A stretch of 63,771 nucleotides of DNA, counting the filler, from Craspedostauros australis (lineage: Eukaryota), in assembly GCA_030167865.1 (NCBI GenBank). It is 10 parts of 10 records of this genome, joined end to end, with 100 filler letters (N's around TTAATTAATTAA, not from the genome) between each part and the next. Parts side by side here need not be neighbours in the genome. Positions count along the whole stretch, not along the records: positions 1,924 to 14,231 come from JALAGF010002093.1; positions 14,332 to 35,147 come from JALAGF010002094.1; 8 more parts are not named here. The stretch is one strand, 5' to 3'. The position numbers and the translations under genes are program-made. This document shows, in pieces, positions 11,066-20,909 of this stretch. The notes below the pieces were generated by a model. The model was not told the DNA's origin. It did no database searches and saw nothing but the letters and a program-made list of their open reading frames with translations. Positions within the stretch are counted from its first letter, which is position 1; the number at the start of each line of letters is the position of its first letter.

Positions 11066-11219
11066 GTCAAGTTCTGCCAACATTGCATCAATCAATGTTT
11101 CTAATCTCTTGCCAAATATGTCCATAATTTCATTTGGTTGAATGTGTTGACGCCTGCAGTGGAAACATGGCAACGAGGTAACCACAGAATGTAAAGAACA
11201 TCGAGCAGACGACGAGTAC

Positions 11220-12569
11220 CTACATACGCAAGGATTCACCCTTCTTCAGCGTCTCCAGGAACATGGCCTCCATCCGCGATGCCAACGACTTGGCTTCCAG
11301 CATGCCCACATGCACGCAGGCCACATTGGACCAGTACCGATGCCGATAGTGCTTCTGCCAGCAGCCCGTGATCCTCCAGATATTCCCATTCGTCCCGGGC
11401 CAGTAGCACACGTAGCCGTGTCCTTGCAACATATCGATCGCGTCCCGCAACCTCTGCGTCTTCCATTTACCTTTCCAATTGTACTCAAATTCCAGGTACT
11501 GCACCTGCTGCTGTGCCAGCAATTTCTGTCCACCCAACAGCACATCCAGATCGTATCCTTCCACGTCGATGCTGAGGAAATCGATCGTGCTGCTGGCGTC
11601 GCCGGTCATATACGACAGCGTTCCGACGTAGTCATCCAAAGTGTAGACCGGTATTTCGCTGCACAGTTTCACATCCTTGCCGTTTGCGTGAAGCTGCTGC
11701 TGCCGACGGCAATGATGCTCGAAATCCTTCAATCCACCCGATTCCGCACCCAGCAAGAACCGATCCGAGACCTGCATCGTGCCGCGATCCATGGCAAACG
11801 CTGCCTGCTCCAATATGAAGTCGTTGTTCCACTGCAGATGCAGCTTGGAACGGTACAGTTTCTCGAACGTCGCCGACACGGGCTCAAAACAGTACACGGT
11901 GGCTGGTCGGACCGACGTCGCCTGCACGTCGACTTGCGCCTTGTCGAACTGCGCGCAACTGCTGCCGGCAAAGCCCGATGCGTTATGTTGTTGCGCCGTT
12001 TGCGATTCCGACGATAACAGCGCGGATTTCCACACGTCGACATCGTACTTGGCATTCTGGCTGCCCATGCGCAATGCATTGACGGCATCGATGCCTTTGT
12101 TGCATCCGACAAAGAAGCTGACAAAGTGATCGTGCGATGCCGTCGTCGAGTACTCGGGTTGCAGCCACCGCATCGAATCGGGACAGCTCGTGGCACGCGA
12201 GAAGGAGCAGTTGCTGGTCCAGGGGAACTTCTTGTGCTTCTTGCAGTCCAATTCGGGCAGTTGCACGGAGAGGATCTCCATCTGTTCGGCTGTGCAATTG
12301 GGATGATGCGTCGCGATTTCCAGTTGTGGGTCCAGTCTTCGATTGATGGTGCTGGCGGATGCCGCTGTCAACGCATTCTGCGGATGTGTCTTTGGCAATG
12401 AATGGAAGGATCCATCCCTCTTCATCATGCCTATTGCGGACGGCTGTGATTGCAACACGGATGCGTGTTTGTTCAGGTGATGGGAAAGGAAGATCGGGCT
12501 CAACGTGACGAACGCAATGGCCATCACGAGCAGCACCCGCACGGGCCGGATCGTCCTGGTCCTCCTCAT
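11220..12569 (-). CDS. FkbM-family SAM-dependent methyltransferase with N-terminal membrane anchor
   Basis: FFVGCNKG, VYCFEPV, TLDDYV, IDFLSIDVEGYD and YLEFEY, plus a hydrophobic N-terminal segment. Confidence 0.88.
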   Translation of the reverse strand: MRRTRTIRPVRVLLVMAIAFVTLSPIFLSHHLNKHASVLQSQPSAIGMMKRDGSFHSLPKTHPQNALTAASASTINRRLDPQLEIATHHPNCTAEQMEILSVQLPELDCKKHKKFPWTSNCSFSRATSCPDSMRWLQPEYSTTASHDHFVSFFVGCNKGIDAVNALRMGSQNAKYDVDVWKSALLSSESQTAQQHNASGFAGSSCAQFDKAQVDVQATSVRPATVYCFEPVSATFEKLYRSKLHLQWNNDFILEQAAFAMDRGTMQVSDRFLLGAESGGLKDFEHHCRRQQQLHANGKDVKLCSEIPVYTLDDYVGTLSYMTGDASSTIDFLSIDVEGYDLDVLLGGQKLLAQQQVQYLEFEYNWKGKWKTQRLRDAIDMLQGHGYVCYWPGTNGNIWRITGCWQKHYRHRYWSNVACVHVGMLEAKSLASRMEAMFLETLKKGESLRM

Positions 12570-13052
12570 TCTCTAGAGATGCCGTTCGTCTTGTTGTCAA
12601 TGGTGTGTGTGCAGATATATATGGTTGGAGCTTGGGACAATGATGATGAAGTTGGCAGAGTGCTATCACCGACATCTCGTGAGTCGCCTCCCATCATCTG
12701 TTTCTGTGATTCGGCAGATACGCGCAAAAGATGATTGTTGGCATCGTGGAATTCGTTCGTGACTGGTTGTTGTTCCCGAATCACTCGCAAAACCGCCAAA
12801 CCAATCACCAACGTCACCCTTTCATCGTTCCTCCCAACTTCATTCATGTTCCACTAGCTACCGACGAGTTCCCGAAGATGCCTGTCAAGTAAAGAGGTGC
12901 TTCTAATGTTACATTATAGAATTGCTCCACGCTTCGCTTGCGACCACGTGTTGTCTCGGTTGTTGAATTGTCGACGCTCCTTTCTTCAGAGCGTAGTGGA
13001 ATGCCGTCTCCACTTCACTCCACTCCGGACAGTCGTATGCGCCTGCCTACTC

Positions 13053-13667
13053 CTATTTATGGTACTGGTAAGTGGAGGTGCTCTCGCCGTTGCCACCGAT
13101 GCCGTTGCGGGCCGCCTCCCGGTTCTTCTGCTCCAAGTACAGAACGCGAGACATCATGGGCAACAACCCGATGCTGGCACTGGTACCAACAAACAGGAAC
13201 CAGGCGACGATGTTCATGTCGAGCTCGCGCGCCTTGGGAAGGATGAAGACCCACGAGACACACAGGCAGTACAGCAGATCGTACCAGATCTGGTGTCCCA
13301 CGAAGTTGCTCGTGTGCTCCGAAAAGAACGTCGCGACGCCCTCCTGCATCACGGCGTACACGGTGAAGCCGAGGAAGAAGACGAAGACCCCGAACGGGAG
13401 TTGCCATGGCAGGTTGTACGGATCGGAAACACCGAACGTGGTGTGCGCCATGAAGACGAACGCAAAGGCTGATGTTACGGAATAAGTGGTGAGGGCATAG
13501 CGCATCGATGGAAGTTGAAACAGTGAAGCAGAAAAAGTGGTGGCAGAGTGAGTGAATTGAATTGATGCGGAGAGAGTCTTTGTTGATGTTGCTGAGAACA
13601 AGCCGTGTGATCCGAATGAGCACTCACCGTACATAACGAGAGGCATAACTTGGAGGTAGTCTGTCAT
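13053..13667 (-). CDS. Small multipass membrane protein; probable intron 13627-13469
   Basis: About four hydrophobic segments with coding-like codon usage. A GTGAGT donor and ACATCAG acceptor join in frame as MTDYLQVMPLVMY-AFAFVF. Confidence 0.65.
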   Translation of the reverse strand: MTDYLQVMPLVMYGECSFGSHGLFSATSTKTLSASIQFTHSATTFSASLFQLPSMRYALTTYSVTSAFAFVFMAHTTFGVSDPYNLPWQLPFGVFVFFLGFTVYAVMQEGVATFFSEHTSNFVGHQIWYDLLYCLCVSWVFILPKARELDMNIVAWFLFVGTSASIGLLPMMSRVLYLEQKNREAARNGIGGNGESTSTYQYHK

Positions 13668-15713
13668 GGTTGTCGTTGTTGTTGCTGATGCTGTTGGCTT
13701 GATGTCGATCTTGACCTTGATTTCGTTTTATGAGCTTGAGTTGTGTGTGAGGATTGTGATGTTTGGGATCAATTTGTGAGGATGCTTCCTGTTGCTTTTG
13801 TTGTTGCGGTTCGTTCGTGTTTCTGGAGAAGGTACGGTAAATTACGGAATCAAGCGTTTGTATTCTTATTGCTATCGCTGTGAGTTACAAACACTATTTA
13901 TGTATCTGCCTTGACTCCCTGGATGCGCCCCCAACTTTGGGAGCCCCTCGAGGGAGTCCACCCGCACTTTGAAATGGACCTCCTAACTTACAATCTCGGA
14001 TATCCGTAAGGAATTTTTTGTGTGGGCGTTTTCGTATATGACCCACGTCAGCCAATGACCGTACGACCACGGCAGGATTTTGAAAAAATGGGCTCCTATG
14101 GAGACTAAAATTTAACCATGTATAATTTAACACATTGGTAATAAGGGAAAGGTGCTAGACAGTGAGTCCGGGCATTGGTTATAAAGTTATGAGGTGGTGA
14201 AAATGGCCAAGCTATCTCTAATAGGGCCTTTNNNNNNNNNNNNNNNNNNNNNNNNNNNNNNNNNNNNNNNNNNNNTTAATTAATTAANNNNNNNNNNNNN
14301 NNNNNNNNNNNNNNNNNNNNNNNNNNNNNNNAAGGACGCCTACTGACGTCGACAGGATGTCATCGTGTCACCACGTCGACATCTGTCTCCGAGTCAGAGC
14401 AGGAGGCGAAGATCCAATGACCGAAGGGCATCAGCATCATGGATACAGAAGGTGAACTTCAAATGGTGAGTACTCATGGAGTAGGAGCCAGTACTGAATG
14501 AACGGAGTGTCGAATACGGAATACGTATTGAACATGGAGTATCGTGCGCGACAAGCACACGATGTTGAGAGAGAGAGAGAATACAGAGAGAAGCGAGAGA
14601 GCATCTCGCGTACCAACTCATAGTCGGAGACCGAATCTACGAAACAGATTGAAGCACCAAGAGCATCGGGCAAGAGAACGGCGTACACCGAGAGCATCGG
14701 AGTAGCCAACTAATGAAATAGCAAACAGAAGACTATCAGCCAACACCATCTTCCACGATCATAGGTTACCGTGCGCGGAACTTGCCAACATCTGACACGG
14801 TTGTCTCCCATCAACTCCATTCATTACAATCATATCGAATGCTGATCAGAGCATCAGCCTGGGCGCCTTGCTGCCGCAACTGTTGGTCCTCCTGGATGTT
14901 GATGCCTCATTGTCTTGTCCCGCTGTACATCATAGGTATGCTCATGGTGTGAAGGGATGCGGTACGAGGAAGATGGTGAACAGATGTGGGTTCTTCCTCG
15001 GCTGTTCCATCATGGCGCTGCCGATGTCGCCTCTCATTTCTGACCATTGTGGTCGGTGGCCATCGTCGAACGGGGTTGCGCAACAACAGACAGGTGACCG
15101 TGTTTCTCTGCGAGTGTGTTTGTGTGTGTCATCATCACTCACAAACCCATTCCACAACCGTGGCAAATTGAAGTGCGTCACCCAAACACGATCAGCCACG
15201 GATGACAGGCAGACGATTGAAGCATGCCAACAATTCTTGACATCACCAAAACAACGAACTGTTGATGTTGTGGCAACACAGAACAACTGCTCAACGACTA
15301 TGGTACTACATGTCCTCGTTCTGTGCAAGAGATCATGGTTGTACTCGCGTACGACTACATGCATTGATGGAGGTGTCAGCCAATGTGTCATAGTCGTACG
15401 CATACATGACCAGTAAAGCAATGCATGGGTGAAACAAGCAGCCACGCACAACGTCGCATGCCGAAAATGATGGATGAAGGCGACCATGGCAAGAGATGAA
15501 GATGATGTTGATGATGATGACGAATGGGAAGTGGCGATGAGGAGCGATCGCAAACGTATCGCATCGATCGGCGACATCAGAAAGGAAGGTATCAAGGCAA
15601 TTGCATAGGTAAACAATCACATGAACAATCGCAGCACCAACAACAGTGCCAACAACAGTGGTGAGAGACGCCATGGTTCCGTGATAAGCCCAGGATTCAA
15701 GTGATCAGCAGCA

Positions 15714-16570
15714 GTGCCCATGCCGGATGTGCCGTCGGCAGCTGAGATTCAATACCTGCTGGACGAGTGCATTCATGAGATCGGACGCAGCAACTTCTTC
15801 GGGGCCTGGACCACCGGCTGTTCGGAGATACTCCTTCTATTACGCCACCACTATGCGCACCATTACTGCCAACGCCCGCTCATGCTGAAGCTCAAAGCGA
15901 TGCATCGCAGCCACAACTGCAAACGATGAGATGGAGGCACTGTGTCATCGGATCCACAAACCGGAGAAATGATCTGCCAAGGAATCAGCAACTTTTCCCA
16001 CGGCTCGTCATCCTTGCCAGCCACATTGGGGCCCATGTGGCAGTGGCATGCGCTTGCGCCTTGCGTGATACCATGCAAGAACGGCGGCAGCAACACCAAC
16101 GAGCTGACAGTCGCGATACATACATCCCGCCCTGTCAAGGCGCAGTGGAGTACGACGATCCATGCATGACGCCAGCGGATACCACCATCCTTTCCTGCAC
16201 AATTCCTTCTGCACAACTCCTTCCACATCATCGAAACCAACGAACGCGGAAAGCAGTTGATTGACGACGACGACAACAGCGACAACAGCCGTAGCCAGAT
16301 CATCGTCTTCATACCGCACTGCCCAATGATGCTGTATGGTACACCAACATGCTGTTCCCCAACCAGGATCATCTACAACGCAGCGGCATGATCATCAGAA
16401 ATGTATTGGCCAAAGAGCATGCCTTGCCATCCAGTCAGGCTGTGCTGCAAATGATACGGTCGTGCATAGAACATCACGCTGCACGAATCACCAAAGGCGA
16501 ATTCCAAGACTTTCCGGGCGCACCATTGGATGCATCGCTGATAGATATCTTACGAAATATGGTGAAGTAG
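15714..16570 (+). pseudogene. SRR1-like pseudogene with stops and frameshifts
   Basis: Fragments in different frames match SRR1 motifs in the right order: MICQGISNFS (CyGlGsF), YDDPCMTPADTTIL (YDPvf), IETNERG, FIPHCPMMLY and NMLFPN...MIIRN. The region is CpG-poor and TG/CA-rich. Confidence 0.5.
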
Positions 16571-16646
16571 TTACTTCTCTGATTACAGCCTATTCATTTC
16601 CTCTCCTTCATGACACGCTCACTTCTCTGTCTACTGTTGTTGTGAT

Positions 16647-18668
16647 TCACTCCTCTTCTTCAGCAGCAGTGCCATCGGCCTCAGCCACCCTGGAAGGTGC
16701 GACGGACCGCACGAGGCTCACCAACGTTGCACGATCCATGTATGAATCCACTTGCGCAGGACCCTCGCTTTCATCCACGACCTTGTACAAATCCATCATG
16801 GACATGGCACTGTACTTGTCATCAACTTCATCGCTTGCCGCTCCCCCACTGCGGAGCACATGAATGCCTCCCATCAGTTGGGGATGTTGACATAACTTGC
16901 TGAAATCTTCACGAGCGAAGAAGGTCTGTATATTCGCAGCTGCCAGCCTCATGGACGCGTCTTTCAACAGTAAACAGCCATGTTGATTGGCGAAGATCAC
17001 CATATCTATCATGGTGTCCTCTGTGAGATGAGCGCGGGCCAACTCTGCTTCAAGAACAAGCTTGAGTCGCCAGAAGCCGAACTCGTTGGCCACAAGGATC
17101 AGCTGTTGTAGATCGTCCTGTCCATCGAGGGTGAGAGTTGGCTGGTCAGCGCCATCATCATCGTCATTAACGCCATCGCGGGTATCAGTATCGTTGTCCG
17201 GAGCGCTGTGATCGAAGGATATCTCACCTGTGTAGATGCATTCGAGGACACGTTGGACATGTTTGGGTTGATGGTTGGGAAGAGGGATGAGCCTGCGGGT
17301 GAGAGCAGTGGCAGAATCAGTGCCGTCATCAGTGCCGTCATCGACATGCTGATGCTGGATTCCCGAGTCGATCAATGTCTGAATGGACGGAACAGTGACC
17401 ATGAGGACTCCGGAGTTTGCTTTGATTGGCTGTTGTTCGTCGCCTTGTCCGCACAGGAAGGTGATGTCTGCCTTGGCCTCAGACCGAACAGCGCTGCGAC
17501 GATCTTGGTCGATGCTGATGTTGGTTGTTGTGTGGATTTTAGGATTGTCATGCTTGGTTGGTGTTGTGGTGGTGTTTGTGTGGCTTTGCTTGCGCACCTG
17601 CATCTCTGTTTGCAGCTGCGTCTGCAGTTGCAAGTTGCGACGACTGAGATGACCGAGACGCTTCATGATTGATCTCATCATCCTGACCTGCTTGTTCGCG
17701 TTGATTAATTCGACGGGTGTTTTGTTGTCGTTGTTTCGGATGTCGATATTGACCTTGGTTGATTCGATGAGGTACTCGACGCATTCAGACTTGCCGTTGA
17801 TGCATGCCTTATGAAGTGGAGTGTTGCCATTGTTGGCTTTGCAGTTGACATCAGCGTTGCATGTTTCGATGAGGCACTTCACACATTCCAGGTAGTCTCT
17901 GATGCATGCTTCATGAAGTGGAGTGTAGCCATTGTTGTCCTTGCAGTTGACATCGGCGTTGGTTGATTCGATGAGGTACTTGACCAACTGCGGATGGCCG
18001 TAGATGCATGCATAGTGAAGGGGAGTGTAGCCACCGTTGTCCTTGCAGTTGACATCGGCGTTGGCTGATTCGATGAGATACTCGACGCACTCCAGGCTGC
18101 CTGCATAGCATGCCCCATGAAGTGGAGTGTAGCCATTGTTGTTTTTGCAGTTGACATCGGCGTTGGTTGATTCGACGAGGTGCTTGACACACTCCAGGTG
18201 GCCATTGTAGCATGCCCCATGAAGTGTAGTGTAGCCATCGTTGTTTTTGCAGTTGACATCAGCGTTGGTTGATTCGATGAGGTACTTCACACATTCCAGG
18301 CTGCCTCCATAGCATGCCTCATGAAGTGGAGTGTAGCCATCGTTGTTTTTGCAGTTGACATCGGCGTTGGTTGATTCAACGAGGTACTTGGCACACTCCA
18401 GGTGGCCGGTGGCGCATGCCTCATGAAGTGGAGTGTCGCCATCGTTGTTTTTGACCGTGTTGACATCGGCGTTGGTTGATTCGATGAGGTACTTCACACA
18501 CTCCAGGTGGCCTCCATTGCATGCTCGATGAAGTGGAGTGCTGCCAAAGTAGCCGTATTTGACTGTGTTGACATCACGTCCTTCGTTTTGCTCCTTCCAT
18601 TCCTTCAACACTGACAGATCACCTGTGCCGGCAGCATCAAGGAGTTGTTCGTCTGAGACATTCGGCAT
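16647..18668 (-). CDS. Ankyrin-repeat protein with C-terminal BTB/POZ domain
   Basis: About nine ankyrin repeats (GxTPLHxAC...LECVKYLIESTNADVN). BTB features are ADITFLCG, VLECIYTG, ANEFGFWRLKLVLEA and FANQHGCLLLKDA. The likely start is MPNVSDEQ at 18668. Confidence 0.9.
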   Translation of the reverse strand: MPNVSDEQLLDAAGTGDLSVLKEWKEQNEGRDVNTVKYGYFGSTPLHRACNGGHLECVKYLIESTNADVNTVKNNDGDTPLHEACATGHLECAKYLVESTNADVNCKNNDGYTPLHEACYGGSLECVKYLIESTNADVNCKNNDGYTTLHGACYNGHLECVKHLVESTNADVNCKNNNGYTPLHGACYAGSLECVEYLIESANADVNCKDNGGYTPLHYACIYGHPQLVKYLIESTNADVNCKDNNGYTPLHEACIRDYLECVKCLIETCNADVNCKANNGNTPLHKACINGKSECVEYLIESTKVNIDIRNNDNKTPVELINANKQVRMMRSIMKRLGHLSRRNLQLQTQLQTEMQVRKQSHTNTTTTPTKHDNPKIHTTTNISIDQDRRSAVRSEAKADITFLCGQGDEQQPIKANSGVLMVTVPSIQTLIDSGIQHQHVDDGTDDGTDSATALTRRLIPLPNHQPKHVQRVLECIYTGEISFDHSAPDNDTDTRDGVNDDDDGADQPTLTLDGQDDLQQLILVANEFGFWRLKLVLEAELARAHLTEDTMIDMVIFANQHGCLLLKDASMRLAAANIQTFFAREDFSKLCQHPQLMGGIHVLRSGGAASDEVDDKYSAMSMMDLYKVVDESEGPAQVDSYMDRATLVSLVRSVAPSRVAEADGTAAEEEE
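17750..18570 (-). repeat. 102-bp near-identical tandem repeats encoding the ankyrin array
   Basis: Recurring gcagttgacatcggcgttggttgattcga...tcatgaagtggagtg with a period of about 102 bp. Confidence 0.9.
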
Positions 18669-20909
18669 GTTGGTCGTTGGTTGTTGAGCTGTTGGTAGAC
18701 AAACAATTGCTGGATGATTGCTCAATGTGTTCACGGTACGAGTCGGTCTTATGATGAAGATGCTGACTGATAGTATGAGACCAAACTGCTGCAAGGAATA
18801 GCAAGGTTGTCGTTGTCTTGTTCGCACGTTCTGTTTCTCTGTTCCATGATCGCACTCTGGTTTGTCGTGGAAGAGCTGGTTGGTGCGGATCCTTCTCGAC
18901 ATCCACCACAAAACACACACAAACAACACGAAAGAAACACGAACAACACGAAGAAGGAATGCGTGCGATCAAACTCGATTTTCTTGAGTCCATTGAGTCA
19001 TTCGATAGAACCTGCCCTGTTTGTGCCAAACTGTGCCGGATCGCTGGGTGTGCGTCCAACGACGTGGCTGTTGGCGCGAGCGACTTGGTCGCCATGATGG
19101 CTTGTCCATCACGCTCGTTTCCCCAGTCGCACACTTCCAACAGAACACCACACAAACACCATGATCTCAGACTCCCACAATAGCAATACCCACCCAAGCA
19201 CACTTCCTTCTGCAAACACCATCCAGATGATGAGCACGATTGCCAGTGCTTCAATTCCCCCATCTGAACAAGTTCGGGCGGAGGATGCACGCATTGTATG
19301 GAAATGTGAAACTGACGGACGACAGAGCTGAGGCCAGATCATGCATCATGCTGGAGATGTGTGCGATGCCTCAGTGTTGATGCCAATGTCACACATCTTT
19401 TATCCAATGATGCCTTTGGCCAAGTCGTCAAGCTGGAGCATTGCTCAAGACATGCACCCTGAGGCAACTTGGTACTGAGATGCAAAAAACAATGGCTTGG
19501 CACCGATGTATCACATGGCACCAATACATTGCACACAAAATGCATCAGTTTGGACACCAGAATATTTGCAAATCCAACCAATTGGTTGGACTGAAACAAG
19601 CCTTGCATGCTCCAATGGCAGCAATCCAAGGTGGTGGAGGATTAGAGGCAGGTGAGCATAGCTTTGCTATCAGCATGTACATGATCACATCAGTGGCAAA
19701 CTTCAATTGGTGTCACATGACATCCCCTTGGTCACTCTCCTGCTTGCATGCCATCTCTTTTTCTCTCTTATTGCTCAGCTCAATCCCAATCATGCAGCAA
19801 ATCCAGATCAAGAGCCACCCACACATGTTGAGTCAGATGCCATTGCAGCATTCACAAGTGATAGAACCCAGACAAGAATGGGTACTTACTTCAAGATTGG
19901 GAGTGATCAGGTCCATCAAACGAAGTAGAGTGAAGATGTTGGTAGTTGTCAGTGTGCTCTGAGTGGTTAATAGATGTTAGATGGTATGTATGCTGTCCCA
20001 ATTCAGAACTGTTGGAGTCTGAATTGTGAGCAGATGGAGATGAAATGATAAAAAATGATGCTGAGGCCACATGTGTTGCAACACACAGCAGAGCATGAAG
20101 TGCAGAGCATGAAGGTGTGGTTGAGTTTGCAAGGATGAGGAGGTTCATGGCACCTCCAATACCGACCTTGCTTCTTGGAACAACCATGATGCATGCAACA
20201 AATCCAATCATTGCAGAAATGCAATCTTGCCAAATTTGATGAGCTTGTATCTGAGCCAAGATGCTCAGATACATGCACTCAACAAGACAGTAGACATGCC
20301 CTGTGAAGCTGGATTCGCAGGGGTTCAGACATACATGTTCATGTGCACATAAGGACGATGGCAGGCAGGGCCTGACATCTATGTATTAGCTCGCTACCAT
20401 CCTCAGACACCAAGACAGGTATCTGAGGGCCTGCTGGAGTTGCGGGAAATGAGATAAACAGAGAAAGATAAAATGGTTCATGACCAAAAGTCTCATGCGT
20501 GACCTGACGCAGTCTACGGAGAACAAGATAAGACATAGACTAAGGTGAATATAGACTTTTGATCTAATAAGGCAAGATCCTACCAGACTCCTGTAGAATC
20601 CTATGTGTAGCCAAACATATCCAATCACAACTGGTGTGTCCGTTGTCAGATGGCAAAAACCACACCAAGGGAGTCAACAAACACATCAAGATCGACGAGA
20701 TAGTGGTAACAACAAGGTAATTTTATTACTTGCCTGGATAGCCCTGGCGCTTGGGTTTACATTGATATAAAGATATGTTGGATTGAGTGCTTACAAAATC
20801 AAGTCTGAGATCTGGACAAATGGGTTCAAATCTGTAGCCAACTGTAGCAAAAAATTACCATGTTTGGGGGGGGGCCTGTCTGTTGTGCACAAGACGTACT
20901 CATATCACA

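Noticed and set aside
10391..11239. 282-aa ORF spanning the tRNA locus
   Set aside because: The N-terminal half reads through the permuted tRNA and intergenic DNA. The protein-like part starts at ATG 10834.
13900..14231. AT-rich contig end with GACTCCCT...AGGGAGTC inverted repeat
   Set aside because: It could be a transposon end, but the contig stops and no partner terminus is visible.
20336..20660. Possible solo LTR with PBS-like TGG; a similar candidate lies at 14332-14796
   Set aside because: There is no second copy, target-site duplication or linked pol sequence in the window.
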